Shown here: in pieces, positions 52,176 through 64,000 of the stretch | Layout of the letters: each line of letters opens with the position of its first letter | Position numbering within the stretch: position 1 is the stretch's first letter | DNA from: Sarea resinae | Lineage: Eukaryota | Reading direction: 5' to 3' | NCBI GenBank assembly: GCA_026026165.1 | Contig: JAPEUD010000057.1 | Coordinates: 1 to 64,000 of the forward strand | Length of the DNA: 64,000 nucleotides | Notes under the pieces: model-generated | Told to the model about the DNA's origin: nothing | Seen by the model: only the letters and a program-made list of their open reading frames with translations | Database searches by the model: none | Translations under genes and position numbers: made by a program

Positions 52176-53305
52176 CCTTGACCTTCTTGGCCTTCTTGGT
52201 CCGGAAGTAAAGAGCGGTGAAGTGGAGCGCGGGGAAGTGAACTGCCACGAAATGACTTGGGATTCCCCTCTGCTTTTTATTTGATCGATCCGCATCGATC
52301 GATGGATGATTTTCCCGTGTTTTTTCTTGCATATACCTATGTGTCGATCAGATCAGACGGATGGATGGATGTACAGGCATCATTCTCTCTCTTCATCTTC
52401 TCTCTTGTCTTTCCTTTGTTTCCTTGAGGCGCTTTGAAAAAGTAATGGACTCGGCAGCATCACATGGCATGGCATGGCATTTGTATTGTTTATACGGGCG
52501 AGGGCCAGCGCAGCACACATAGATTGGCACGGTACTTCAGTGATGTAGGTATCAGACACTACGATCTCTGTATCTTGAATGTGCATCTGTATGATAAAAC
52601 TGTATCCTCTCGACTCGTCTCTTTAGCCGGAGGTGCATCAGTGGAGCGCCCGTCCAGCTTCTTCCGTCTCACTCTCTCCGTCGGTCTCTGCAACCCGGGA
52701 GACCACTGCTTGATGCGGTAAACGTTGCGAAGCTTGGGGGGCGGAGAGTCGAGACACGGCCACGACGCCCGACGAGTGTGCGTCGAATGGGAACTTGACA
52801 GCGATATTACCCACTCTCGAATACGATCAATACGAAGCCTTTTCGGTGCGGCCATGAAATGTCGGGCTGCAACGTTCGCCAATGGGGGCATTGATATAGC
52901 ATGGCGCGGTTCAAAGCTCCTCCAAAGCTCCTCGATGTTGGTTCCGATAAGGTTCCAATTGGTGTGAGACGGCTGGCGATCTACTACGAAGTACTCCGCA
53001 ATAAGCGCTATCCGTGGCGGTAAGCGAGGATCTTGTTGGTGGGCGTGGGACCAAGGCACAGGCGCAGGATTGTTGTCGTTGACTCCCCCGCTCGGACAAG
53101 TGCTGACCAGCCAAGGGACGACCTAAAGTGAGGAGGCTTCGATGTATTTGCACTGCGCCGTCGACCTGATCATGGACGCTTCAGCGGATTGTGATTTGAA
53201 CGGCCCAGTGCCGCTGCCGCCGCCGCTGCTCTATTCCTCCAGACACATCTCCTTCATCATCTTGGTGGCATTGCCATCGTCTCTTTCGAAGCCTCACAGT
53301 CCAAG

Positions 53306-55338
53306 ATGGCTAGAGAGGCTGACGGTCCAGATGAAGTGACTCGGGTAGCGCCGTCGAGGGACGCAATGTCGCTGGAAGATTCAGAAGGAAACGTGAAGCC
53401 GGCTGAGTCTGCTGCGGCGGCTCCTGCTGCTGCTACTGCTGCGGCGGCTTCTACGCCCTCACCGATCGGACCGCCGACGCATGCCAAAGAACATCATGGC
53501 GTCAGCTTCCAATTACATAACGTCCATCTCGGCCGCTTCAGACCACACCGTCATCGGAAATCCGCCTCGTCGAGCGTCGAGGTAGAAGAGTCGCGACGGG
53601 CATATGACCATCGATATCTCATCCGGCTGCCGCGACCGAGGCAGTTCAAGAGAAATGGGCGAATCTTTAAGCTCGACGAGATGGGCCGGGAGATCGAGCA
53701 GGGCGTATCGAGTGGTGGGGAGAGTATGTCGGCATTGGACTCGGATTCGCGCTCGACCTCGACGGGCTCGGGCAGCCCCGAGGCGGCCCGGCGCTTGGTG
53801 GATTATCCCGCCGTCCAGCGAGCGCGGCTGGATCTCTTTGTCGATCTGGTCTGGGTCGGCGTGGTGTCGAATCTGGCGGATGACTTCTCGGAGCAGGCAT
53901 TTTACTCGGGCGGCGCGACCATTGGGCAGGCCATTGTTGAGTTTATCATCTTGTTTCTTCCAGCATGGTAAGGGGCCCCCCTTGGCTCGAGGCGTATGCG
54001 CCCGGGCCGTCAACGCGACCGTTTGCTGATTTTCTTTCCAGGCGGGTCTGGAATAGCCTGCGCGACTTCATGAACCACTTCTACGTCGACGACGCCGTCC
54101 AGCGCGTCTTCGTCGTGTGGATCTTGGTGTTGATGCTCATCTACGGCAACAACGCACCCTACTTGCACGACGACGGGTCGGAACGGAAGATCCTGCTGGG
54201 CATCTACCTGCTGGCGACGCTGTCGTTCTACATCATGGAAGCCATCTACTCGATCTTCATCGGCTGGCTGCGTCTGCACGTGCTGGTCAAGTTCATCGCC
54301 TACACGCCCTCGTTCGCGCTGTGGATCGCGGCCATTGCCTCGTCGACGGGCAACACGTACGGGCTGGCGATCGGGGCGCTGGCATGCGAGGTGCTGGTCG
54401 TCGTGGCGGCCGCCTCGCCCCTTATGGCACGCTGGACGGGCCAGTACCAGAAGGCGGCCGACACGGAGCACTGGGTCGGCCGGCTCGAGTCGTTCTTCAT
54501 CCTGATCCTCGGCTCCGGCGTTTTCCTTTTGATTCAGCAATCACCCGTCGGCCGCGGCCTGCCGCCCCGCACCGCCAGCGCCGTCTGCGCCCTCATGGTC
54601 TTCTACTGCCTGCACTGGCTTTACTTTAATCTCGACATGTCGCAGACGTACATCCACCCGACGCGGCGCGCCTGGTACGTGGGGCTGGCGTGGGAATTCG
54701 CGCACCGGGTGCTCTTCGGGGCGCTGCTGGTCCTCGGCGCCTCGGTGCGCGTCATCATCGAGCACGACGACGTCCGGGTGCGGCGCCTCTCCCCCGCCGC
54801 GGCCGCACGCCTGACGGCGGCCGAGCACGACGAGGTCGTCGAGGCCGCCACCACCGTGCTGACGGCCCAATACACGGCCTCGATCACGCTGGCCGCCAGC
54901 CTGCTCCTGATGGCCGTCATCGCACTGCTGAACGCGTCGCGCGACCCGCCCGGCACGCTGCTGGTCGGGAACCGCTACGTGCGGCTCGCCGGCCGGGTCG
55001 TCGCGGCGGTCGTGCTGTGCGTGCTGCCGCTGCCGCACGTCCGGATGGCGGGCCGACGCTACCTTCCTGTTGTCGTAGGGTTGCTGTATAGTTGTATGCT
55101 GTGGGAGTGGATTGCGGGGCTGGAGAGGGGCGCGAGATGGCTTGAGCCGAGGGGGGTTGGTGGTGGTGGGCGTGATAGAGATGTGGATGGCAATGGCAAT
55201 GGCAATGGCGATGGCGATGTCGTTGTCGATGGGGAGGACATAGGCGGTGATGATGATGATGATGATGATGATAGTAACGGTGGTGTCAAGAAGGGGGAGA
55301 AAACCAACCGGTCGACCGAAAGGGTACTACAAGTTTAA
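53306..55338 (+). CDS. Low-temperature requirement A (LtrA)-like membrane protein, 2 exons
   Basis: LDLFVDLVWVG, FLPAW|RVW..LRDFMNHFYVDD, EHWVGRLESFFILILG; intron ~53968-54041; multiple TM segments. Confidence 0.85.
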
Positions 55339-55339
55339 G

Positions 55340-56063
55340 TTTTGTAAACAAAAAAAGGAGAGATAGAAGAGAAAAGAAAGGTCTCTTTATATGCTTTTCT
55401 TTCTAGTGATTTTCTTTTTTCTGCTACTTTCTTCTTCCTCTTCTTCTTTTTCTAGTCACTATATTTCCGGCTCGATATTTCCTGCATTATAACCTTTACT
55501 CCCTATCTTTTCTTCTAGTATCTAGTATTTAGTATCTACTATCTAGTACTTACTCTATATCTAAACCCTACTCTACATCTACATCTACATCTACATCTAT
55601 AATTACCGATTAAAAACCATCTAGATACCACTAATCTTTTCTAATTAATCTTCTCTAGAGAAAGAACACAAAAAACAAAATTAAATAGCAACTTACCTAT
55701 CTAGAACCAAGAATTTCTAGGTACTACTTAGAGAAAAGAAAGAAGTTATTAAGCTAGAGAGTAGTATTACTTAGTTCATTTACTTATATAAAATAGTGAT
55801 AAGTTAAGAGGAAAAGTACAAGGTAGAGATTAGAAATAAGCTAATAGTAAGTTATATAGAGGAAGGTAAGGTAAATAAAGAAGTAAGTAGACTTAGAGCA
55901 AGTAGCTAGAAAAGGAAGAGAGAGAGAGAAAGAGAGAGAGAGAAAGAGAGAGAGAGAAAGAGAGAGAGAGAGAAAGAGAGTAAAGACCTACCTAGGTAGG
56001 TGAAGCTAGCCTTAACTAACCTAGACTAAACTAGACTAGACTATAGGACTTAAATAGAGCTAG

Positions 56064-56106
<43 letters not shown>

Positions 56107-56600
56107 CTACCTACCTATACCTTATATATATAGATAGATAGATAGTTCCTTTCTATCTACTTAGATCTCTCTCTAGAGCTACTTATAACTCTATTAGGCT
56201 CTGAATTTATAAGAAACAAACTACAAGGTAAGGAAAGAGAAGAGCAGAGAAGGATTCAGGTTGTAGATATTATATTTTATGTTTTAGATTTGTATAGATA
56301 GAGAGACAAAAGCGAAAGAGGTAAGGGGTAAGGGGTAGGAAGTAGGAAGCGTAGGAGATAAGGTAGAAGGAGATAGCAGTTTAGGTATGTATATATCTGT
56401 ATACATGTATGTATGTGTGTGTGTATACATATGTTATCTATATCTCTATATAAAATGCGACAACTGATAAGACAAGGACGTGAAACGATTCAGGAAAGAG
56501 ATTTGGTGGGACACGAGGCAGGGGTTTTCTCTTTAACGAAGGCAGAATGGAAAGAAGGACAGAAAGATAGCGGGGTATATGCTTTTTCTTTTTATTCGGG
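55340..56600. repeat. AT-rich low-complexity intergenic island with microsatellites
   Basis: (GAT)n just upstream at ~55249-55272, (CTACAT)n ~55574-55597, GA-rich array ~55915-55980, (CT)n ~56066-56103, (TAGA)n ~56131-56143; TAG/CTA-rich. Confidence 0.85.
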
Positions 56601-56790
56601 CTAGAGATGGATTGGTTCGGAGGAAAGTAGATGAGATAAGAGGGGATCAGAAGAGAGGTCAAGGGGATGTTTGAGGACGGCCCAAGTGTGACAACAGCAC
56701 CACCCCTTTCCTTGCCTTCTCTTCCATTCCTTCCCCTCTTTTCCTCCCTCCCCCCCTTTGCCCTCCAGACAGCCCAACCAAAGACTGCAC

Positions 56791-59700
56791 TCACGCCTTC
56801 TTCTCCTTGCCCTGGCGGCCCTTGGGCACGCGCATCAGCCAATAGAAGCCCACGGCCCCGACGACATTGGCGACGATATAGATCCACATGAAGCCAAAGT
56901 TGCGCCAGCGCTGGTGATAGTACATGTTGATGGACGCGAGGAACTCGTTGGTCGTGGCCAGCGAGCAGAAGTGGCAGTCGGTCGTGGCCGACGGGTTGTA
57001 GATGGCGCCGCCGAAGAGCTTCGTATAGTTCGTCATGTACTCGCCGCACGTCATCCCCGCTGGCGGCTCCAGGTGGCGCAGCTCGATCTTGGAGCATTTG
57101 ACCGATGTGTTGGCGAGCCCGGTCGTCAGCACGCCGCCGATCAGGTACGTAAAGGGCGAGACCCGGTACATGAAAATCCAGAAGCCGGGAAGAGCTTGAG
57201 GCGTGGCAATGACACTGTGGCAAAAGAGTCAGCTGAGCGTGCTCCTCACGTGCTTTCCTTACAGACGATGAAAATAACATCGACGTTATGGTGACTCACC
57301 CGCAGAAGATCAAGGTCATCGAAAACATCAGCTGCGCGATGTTGCCGCCGTTCTCCGCCGAGTCGATGCCAGCAATGACGGCGTCACAAAAGGTCGACGA
57401 GAAGAGAAAGAAGGTCCAGATCAACAAGAACATCAGGAAGCCACGCTCATGCACAGTGTGGGTGGGGAAAGCATTGCGGTACATGCCGATGGGATAGTAG
57501 AAACTGAAAAAGGCACAGATGGCCATGAGGGTGTTCCATGGCAATTCGACGATGATATTGGCGAAGAGGAAGGCTTGCCACGAATAGGCCTTGGACGGCC
57601 GTTCGCGGACCTCGTAAAGAGCGCGCTGCGTGACGAAGTGAGGCATAATCTGCTGCGTGAAACTTCCGAAGATGGTCATCATCATGAAGATGGAGAACAT
57701 CTGATTCTGGAGACCCTGTTGTGACGTGCCAGCCCGCCAGAAGGAGAAACCAATAAAGAGCGACTATTGATGTTAGAGATGTTATAGGATCACGGAAAAG
57801 GAAACGTACAGATGCGATAGACAGAAAGGCCTTGGAGTATATGTACGACGGAGTACGCCAGTACTGTTGGAAGACGCGCTTCAGACACATGGACAGCTGG
57901 AACAGCTGCGGAGTCGCATAGCTTTCAAGATGCTCGTGGTCCGTGGTGACGGGAATGGCGCCCAGTCGGGTTTCCATATCGTTAAGGTTTGCTTGCACTT
58001 CCTGGTACTCGGGACTGTCGCGCCAGGTCTGATACCAGTCGCGGTCAGTGTGTGCTCCGGGCGCAGCTCCGATGATTTCAAGCATCCATTCGGCCGGGTT
58101 TTCCTCCCTCCCGCAAGGCCTACCACCGTACCGTTCGAAATAGTTGGTCATCGTCTTGGAGTTCTCGCCAATGTCGCCGTAGTAAACCGTCTGGCCGCCT
58201 TTGCGAAGCAACAGCAAGCGATCGAACCGCTGGAAAAGCATAGCCGAAGGCTGGTGGATGGTGCAGAGGATAGCTTGACCGTTTTGAGACAACTTGTTGA
58301 TGAGACTGAGAATGGACCAGGCCGTCTGACTGTCAAGACCGGACGTCGGCTCATCCAAGAACAAGAGTAATTGCGGCCGTGCAGCGAGTTCGACTCCAAT
58401 GGTCAGGCGTTTCCGTTGCTCGACGTTCAAGCCTTCAAACCATCAGCGGGGATATCACGAGAAACAAGGCAATACTGACCCTCTCCGGGAACACCGACGA
58501 CGGCGCCGGCATAGTCTTCCATCTCCAGCAATTTGATAACTTCCTCGACGTAATCCAGCTTCTCCTGCGTCGCCCGACTTTTGGGTTGCCGGAGAAGGGC
58601 GCTGAATCGCAGCGCCTCACGGACAGTAGTAGTCTCAAGGTGAAGATCCTGTTGTTGTACGTATCCAGTCTTTCTCTGAAACGAGTTATCCCGGATATGA
58701 CCGTCGACCATCATCTTACCGGTGACGACTCCCATCGTAACACGACTGGCCAGAACATCCAGAAGCGTGGTTTTTCCGGCTCCGGTAGCACCCTTGATCA
58801 AATTAATATGAGCTGGTGGGAATTTGGCGGGAGATTTACCATCAGAGCAGTCAAGGTGCCAGGTTTAACCCAACCGTCGACATTATCCAAAATGCGCCTC
58901 GGTTCTCCCTTGATTTTGATATCATAACAGACGTCCCTCCAATGGAAGATGGCTGTCTGTCTTTCGATATTTGCAATCTCCTTATCATCTGCATCTCCGT
59001 TCTCTGCAAACGGAGTGTTCACCGCACCCAAGGCGCCTTCTTCGTCTTCCTTTTGCTGCTTCATATGAGAGGGGATCTCTCCGCGTCGGAAGAGAAGGAC
59101 CTCTCCTTTAGATTTGCTCGCAGAGATGAATTCGGTAGCGGTGAGATAAGTGACCGTGAAGGCTATCCAGAAGCCAATGAGAATGCCAATATTTCTGGAG
59201 AAATTAGCTTCGCTCCCACGACCTTTGAACGCTGAGCTTACCTCCACTTATGGGCATGGTAATAGTTGAAGCTAGCGTTGATATAATCGTCACCACGGAC
59301 ATAATCAAGGCCGGGCTGAGCACCGTTTGCTGCACAGATTCTGTTAAGGCCTCTGGCATTGTCGTACCCAGGACCGGAGGGAATGAACTGGCCGCAAGTA
59401 ATGTTTCTATTGTGGAATTCGTTGACCATCATGCTCTCAAAGCCATACGCGATTGGATTGAGATAGTTGATCCAACGGAACCAAGGATGCATGTTGCGTG
59501 TTGGCAGGACAAAACCGGTATATATCATAAGAGCCAGAATAAAGATAGATGCCGGTGCCATGGCCTGAGAGATTGTTCGGCTCCCCGCGGCGATAGTACG
59601 GAAGATACTGGACATGGCAAGACACAGGATGAAGGAGGTCAGAAAGTAGAAGAAGAAATTTCCAGGCTCCCGACGCAGATTGGTCAGGAAATAAAGGACG

Positions 59701-61696
59701 AGATTGAAGGCGACCTGCGTGATAATCTTGGCAGGAAGATCGACAATCATAGAGGAAATAGCTTCGCAGAAAGGATGGTAGAGAGCATATTTGGAGTGCT
59801 TCTCCACGATCCCTCTTTGGGCGTACAGAGTCAAGATCTGCTCTGATTAGAGAACCGTTTCTCTCCCTCAAAAGCGGGAAGGGGGGAGGGGAATGCATAC
59901 CTCAAGAGCAGAACTCATAGCGGCGAAGAGAATGGCGAAGAAGATCAGTGCACCCTTACTATAGAAAACCGAAGATGAATTGGGCAGATCGTAGAAGACA
60001 CTGCCAACAATCAAAGCCATCACCGTGTTACCGAAGACCGTGGTGTAGAAAAACGTCATATCACCGAGAAGCCGCTGAAAGCCTCGCTTCATACAGAGTT
60101 TGATCTGCATAGGGATCGAGATCGTATATGGTGATTTCGGCCGCCTACTCGACATCAGCAGAGGAAACAGGGAATATTCGTGGTGATCTCACATTCGACT
60201 GGCCTGAGTCGCTTTTCTCGACTCCCGGAACCTCTCCAATTGCTCTCCACCAACCGGAAATTCTCGGTCGAATGATTCGATCTCTCTCAGGAGCTGCTGC
60301 CTTGCCTCGCTTTCCTTCCATCGAGCTGCAAACTCCTCGGATGTCCGCGGTACCTTAGTCTCAAATCCGGGCTCAATGACACGCTCGATCGGATTGGTCA
60401 GTGAGGTGAGGAAGTCGGCCGTGGTTTGACGATCAGGGCAGTGAAAGCCCATGTCAGTGAAGTATTTCTTCGCGTCGTCCTTGTGGCCAAAGTAAATCTG
60501 GTGTCCCTCATACAACAAGACCACCTTGTCAAAGAGCTTGATTCAAGTCAGCATGGTCCTGATTCGGAGACAAGAACCGACTCACATCGTAGGCGTTCTG
60601 CGAAGCTTGGTAGATGGCAACAATTGCGGTAGTTCCAGCCGTATCGGTTGAGAGCTTCAGAGTTCTCACAAATTCCAAGGCAGTGGCACTGTCAAGACCT
60701 CGAGTGGCATTGTCCCAGCACTGAAGCGGGCTACCGCTCAAGGCCACTTCGGCGATACTTACACGTTTCCGCTCGCCACCACTGACGCCACGGATGAAAT
60801 CATTTCCCACTCGAGTGTTGATAGTGTGAGAGATACCGAACATGGCCATGGTAACATCTCGCATGTGCTCCGCATACTGAAGGCGAGACACTCCAGGCAT
60901 CCGATTACGAGGCGCTCGCGCTTCCGCCGCGAAGAGAAGGGTTTGACCGACGGTCAACTGGGGAAAGTGGATATCAGTCTCGGCTTGGTAGATGACCTCG
61001 CCACGGAAGTCTTTTTGCATGATCTCCCTCGGTACGCCTTGATAGTTCAGCTGAGATTCCTCGCCGACATAGAAACCATGCGTCTCCCCAGCAATGGTTT
61101 TCAGTAGAGTTGAACAGCCGCTTGGATGTGTCCGTTAGATGAGTCGACGGAACCTTGGGAAACGCTTACCTTCCCGGACGACCCAGCACGACAAGCATTT
61201 CACCACTCCTCACCAAGCCATCGAAATCCTTGAGGATCTGAATTTTGGTCTTGTTTTTCCCGGTGATGGTGTTGACGACGTTGAAGGCCTCCAACAAGAC
61301 GTTGCTAACACTCTTCTGATAATCCGTCGGCTTCCCCCATCCATGAACGTTAAGATCGCGGAATGAGACGCCGGCGGTCCTCTGCGGGTATCTCTCTGGA
61401 TCGCGAGACCGGATCTTGAGGAGAGTTCTCGCCCACAATTCAGGGCTGAACTCATCATTGTGAGGGTCGAGTTTGGGGTTATCGGTGCCGATAAACGGGT
61501 TCTGAACATTCTCGCTGGCCTGGGATGCATTCGTGAGCCGCCTTGCGAGCTGGTGGATCTGTTCGCGATGGGAGGGTTCGAGATGAAGCTCATGTCCCGG
61601 CTCATGGTCGCTGGAGGCATCCTCGGGCGAGACCGTACGCGAACTGTCGTCGGCTTCGGCCGTCACCTCCTTCTCATAAGCTTTCTCGTCGGCCAT
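56791..61696 (-). CDS. Pleiotropic drug resistance (PDR/ABCG) transporter, multi-exon
   Basis: NBD1 [38 protein letters not shown]2 [43 protein letters not shown] motifs [18 protein letters not shown]. Confidence 0.96.
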
Positions 61697-64000
61697 AGTG
61701 GGGGTTAGATGCGCCTTGCGGGCAGGCGGGCAGACGAGAACCCAACACTGCAACGAGGCACGATGTCAAGGATGAAGAGTTGTTGGAAGGAATGGATTAT
61801 CATTGAAGAGAGGGGATACGTAGATTAGTAGTAGGAGTAGTAGAAATAAAGGTGTGGAAGACCAGAATCGAAGATGATGAAGAATTGGACAGAAAACAAG
61901 CCAAGCACCCGGTCTCTTGTGCCCTGACCGACAAGGGTCCACGAGTGGTGAGTTCTCGGAGCTTTTTGCAGGCGGCCCAGGCAGGCCAGGCCATGCGCGG
62001 CGACAGCGCAAGAGCAGCAGCAACATCATAACGCTACAAGGCGTAGGTACTCTCCTGCAGTACAGCCAACGGGTATCTCGAACATAAGGCGGGGCGGATG
62101 AGAGGCTTCCGAGCCCGTTGCGCAAGGATGAGAGGGGATGGGCAAGGATGAGAGGCCTTGCCGTCCGGAACATGGCGCACCCGCATCCGTTGCGAGTAGA
62201 GAGAGTACTGCCAGAACGCATCCTGACTCGGGCGCCCAGGGCTGAGCAGTCGAGGGAAGAGGCACGAGATGGTATTGTGCTGTACTCGCGCGTGATTCCA
62301 TCGGCAAATGGCAGCCACAGTCTACCCCGAGATACTTGAAGAAACCCGCCTTCCAGAATCTCGTTGTTCCAGCATCAGCGACCACGGCCATCCAACCATC
62401 CCATGCGGTGATCCTCATCGCGCAAGGTCATCTCATCTCGCATTTGATGCCGTCATGGCGGCGCGTTCGGTATCCCACTCGGTATCGCTCTCCTCTTCTG
62501 TGACGAGAGAGTCGACGACGGACCGAGAAGTTCCTCGATCTCATCGTCGAGAGAGACGGGACCGCCACAGTATGAGGGAAGAGACGACATGACTCGAACT
62601 GTGGGGTAAGAGGACCCTGATCATGCGTTTCTCACCTTGGCGATTTGATTAGACTTTGTGGAGCGTGGAGCTTGGAGGAGTGCCACGCCCAAAGAGTAGC
62701 TTAGTAAGCAGCCGTGGTACTCCGTCGACACACTGACGCATCCACGGACCCTACTCGGCCATGGTTACTATGTAGATGAGCTTGCCCGACGGGAAAGACG
62801 AAAGACGAAAGAGATGGAAGAGAACAGCCAGAAGAGCGAGACGGAGATAAGGCCAATCACGCACGATGGTGCCGTCCTCAGGCTCAGCCACATCCCATCC
62901 GCTGCCGTTGCCGCGTAATTGAATGGCAATTGCACTCATCCATTGCGCGCAAAGTGAGCTGATGTCTTGCGCGCCCGAGCCAGCGGGCGGATGCCAAGTT
63001 GCCCTGATGCCGCTCCCACTCGATACGCTCCGTCGCGCCTCGTCCTCTGGCATGTACGGAGTACTGCGCAGCATCCAGTACTCCCGACCAGTACGCCCGG
63101 CCAAGAGCCCTCGACTAGAGTACTCCCGGTGTATCGCAAGCCTCGGAGAGATCATGTCGGCAAATTAATGACGGGATAGTAGATCTGCATCAATCATCGA
63201 CCCCTGGGCGCGGCCACTCGACTGGAGTACTTCGTACTCGTAGGAGACGACGGAGTACTGTCCGGCGTAGGTAGAGTACATAGCCACCCAAGGCAACAGC
63301 TCGTGCGTGTCGACGGCCATCAATCGATCCAGATTGGACGTGGGGGAGCTGGAGCGACGAGCAAGCACGTACATAGTGCGTACCCACGCCGGAACCCGTT
63401 TCTTCCCACCATCTTGGATGACCTAATGGATGACTGATCCCCGAAGTTGATCCAACAGATTTCATACATGTACTGCGGTACTCTACACCCAGGCATCCTC
63501 CGGCCGGCGGCTGTCTCCATCGTCCGGCATCAGGGCATCTAGAATTACACTAGAGTAGATTTCGGATTCTCGCATCGCGGAGCTCCCAGTTGCCGCATCC
63601 TGATCTCAACGGTGGTCCCCGGAAAGTATACTTCCGTAATTAGCACTCTTCTGTCGTGCAGCGTGCGTAGAATTGAGGCTCTTCGCGGGCAGGTCAGGCC
63701 AGGATCAAGGAGGGCTGCTCATTCGGCCGACAGTGCGACCGCCCCCGGCGCGATTTGCTTTGATAAATCCATTATTGATTAGATTGATAAAGACGAGTCT
63801 GCCCCAACCCCATCTTCATACGCCTGGGAAGAAGCCAATGCACGGGGGAGACGTCCATGGTCTCCTAACCTCTATTCCGGTCTAGCAATACCGACTCCAG
63901 AATACCATCAAATACCCGTCGACCAGAGAGAATTCAACTAAGTTTGACCAGGCCGTCCACTCGCATTCGCTTGAGTGCCTTTCCACGCACGAGTGTCGGA

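Noticed and set aside
61700..64000. Multiple short overlapping ORFs
   Set aside because: No domains and no consistent strand; best read as promoter/intergenic DNA.

Overview
Left end of a filamentous-ascomycete chromosome. A (CCCTAA)n telomere (1-125) is followed by about 16 kb of AT-rich DNA mutated by repeat-induced point mutation (RIP). This block holds (i) a dead telomere-linked RecQ helicase gene and (ii) a full-length Ty3/Gypsy chromovirus with 328-bp LTRs, a TAAGG target-site duplication, a self-priming-type PBS and about 3 kb of unexplained 3' sequence. Manually de-RIPped, the helicase protein has an N-terminal Zn-finger (DUF3505-like) domain and a central region with tyrosine-recombinase-like catalytic motifs; the gene is bracketed by direct repeats carrying a 19-bp palindrome. 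From about 16.4 kb the DNA is genic, with introns. A candidate secondary-metabolite cluster (about 18.2-41.5 kb) comprises an aspartate aminotransferase, an NAD(P)-binding protein, a Zn2Cys6 TF, a C45/penDE-like acyltransferase, a bimodular SidE-like A-T-C-A-T-C NRPS, an enoyl reductase and an MFS transporter. It is interrupted by a frameshifted NACHT-ankyrin NLR. Further right are a 3-exon six-cysteine secreted peptide gene missed by the ORF track, a kinase pseudogene, RING-H2, HPP, GH79 and LtrA genes, an AT-rich microsatellite island and a PDR ABC transporter. All calls come from manual reading and motif recognition; no searches were run.
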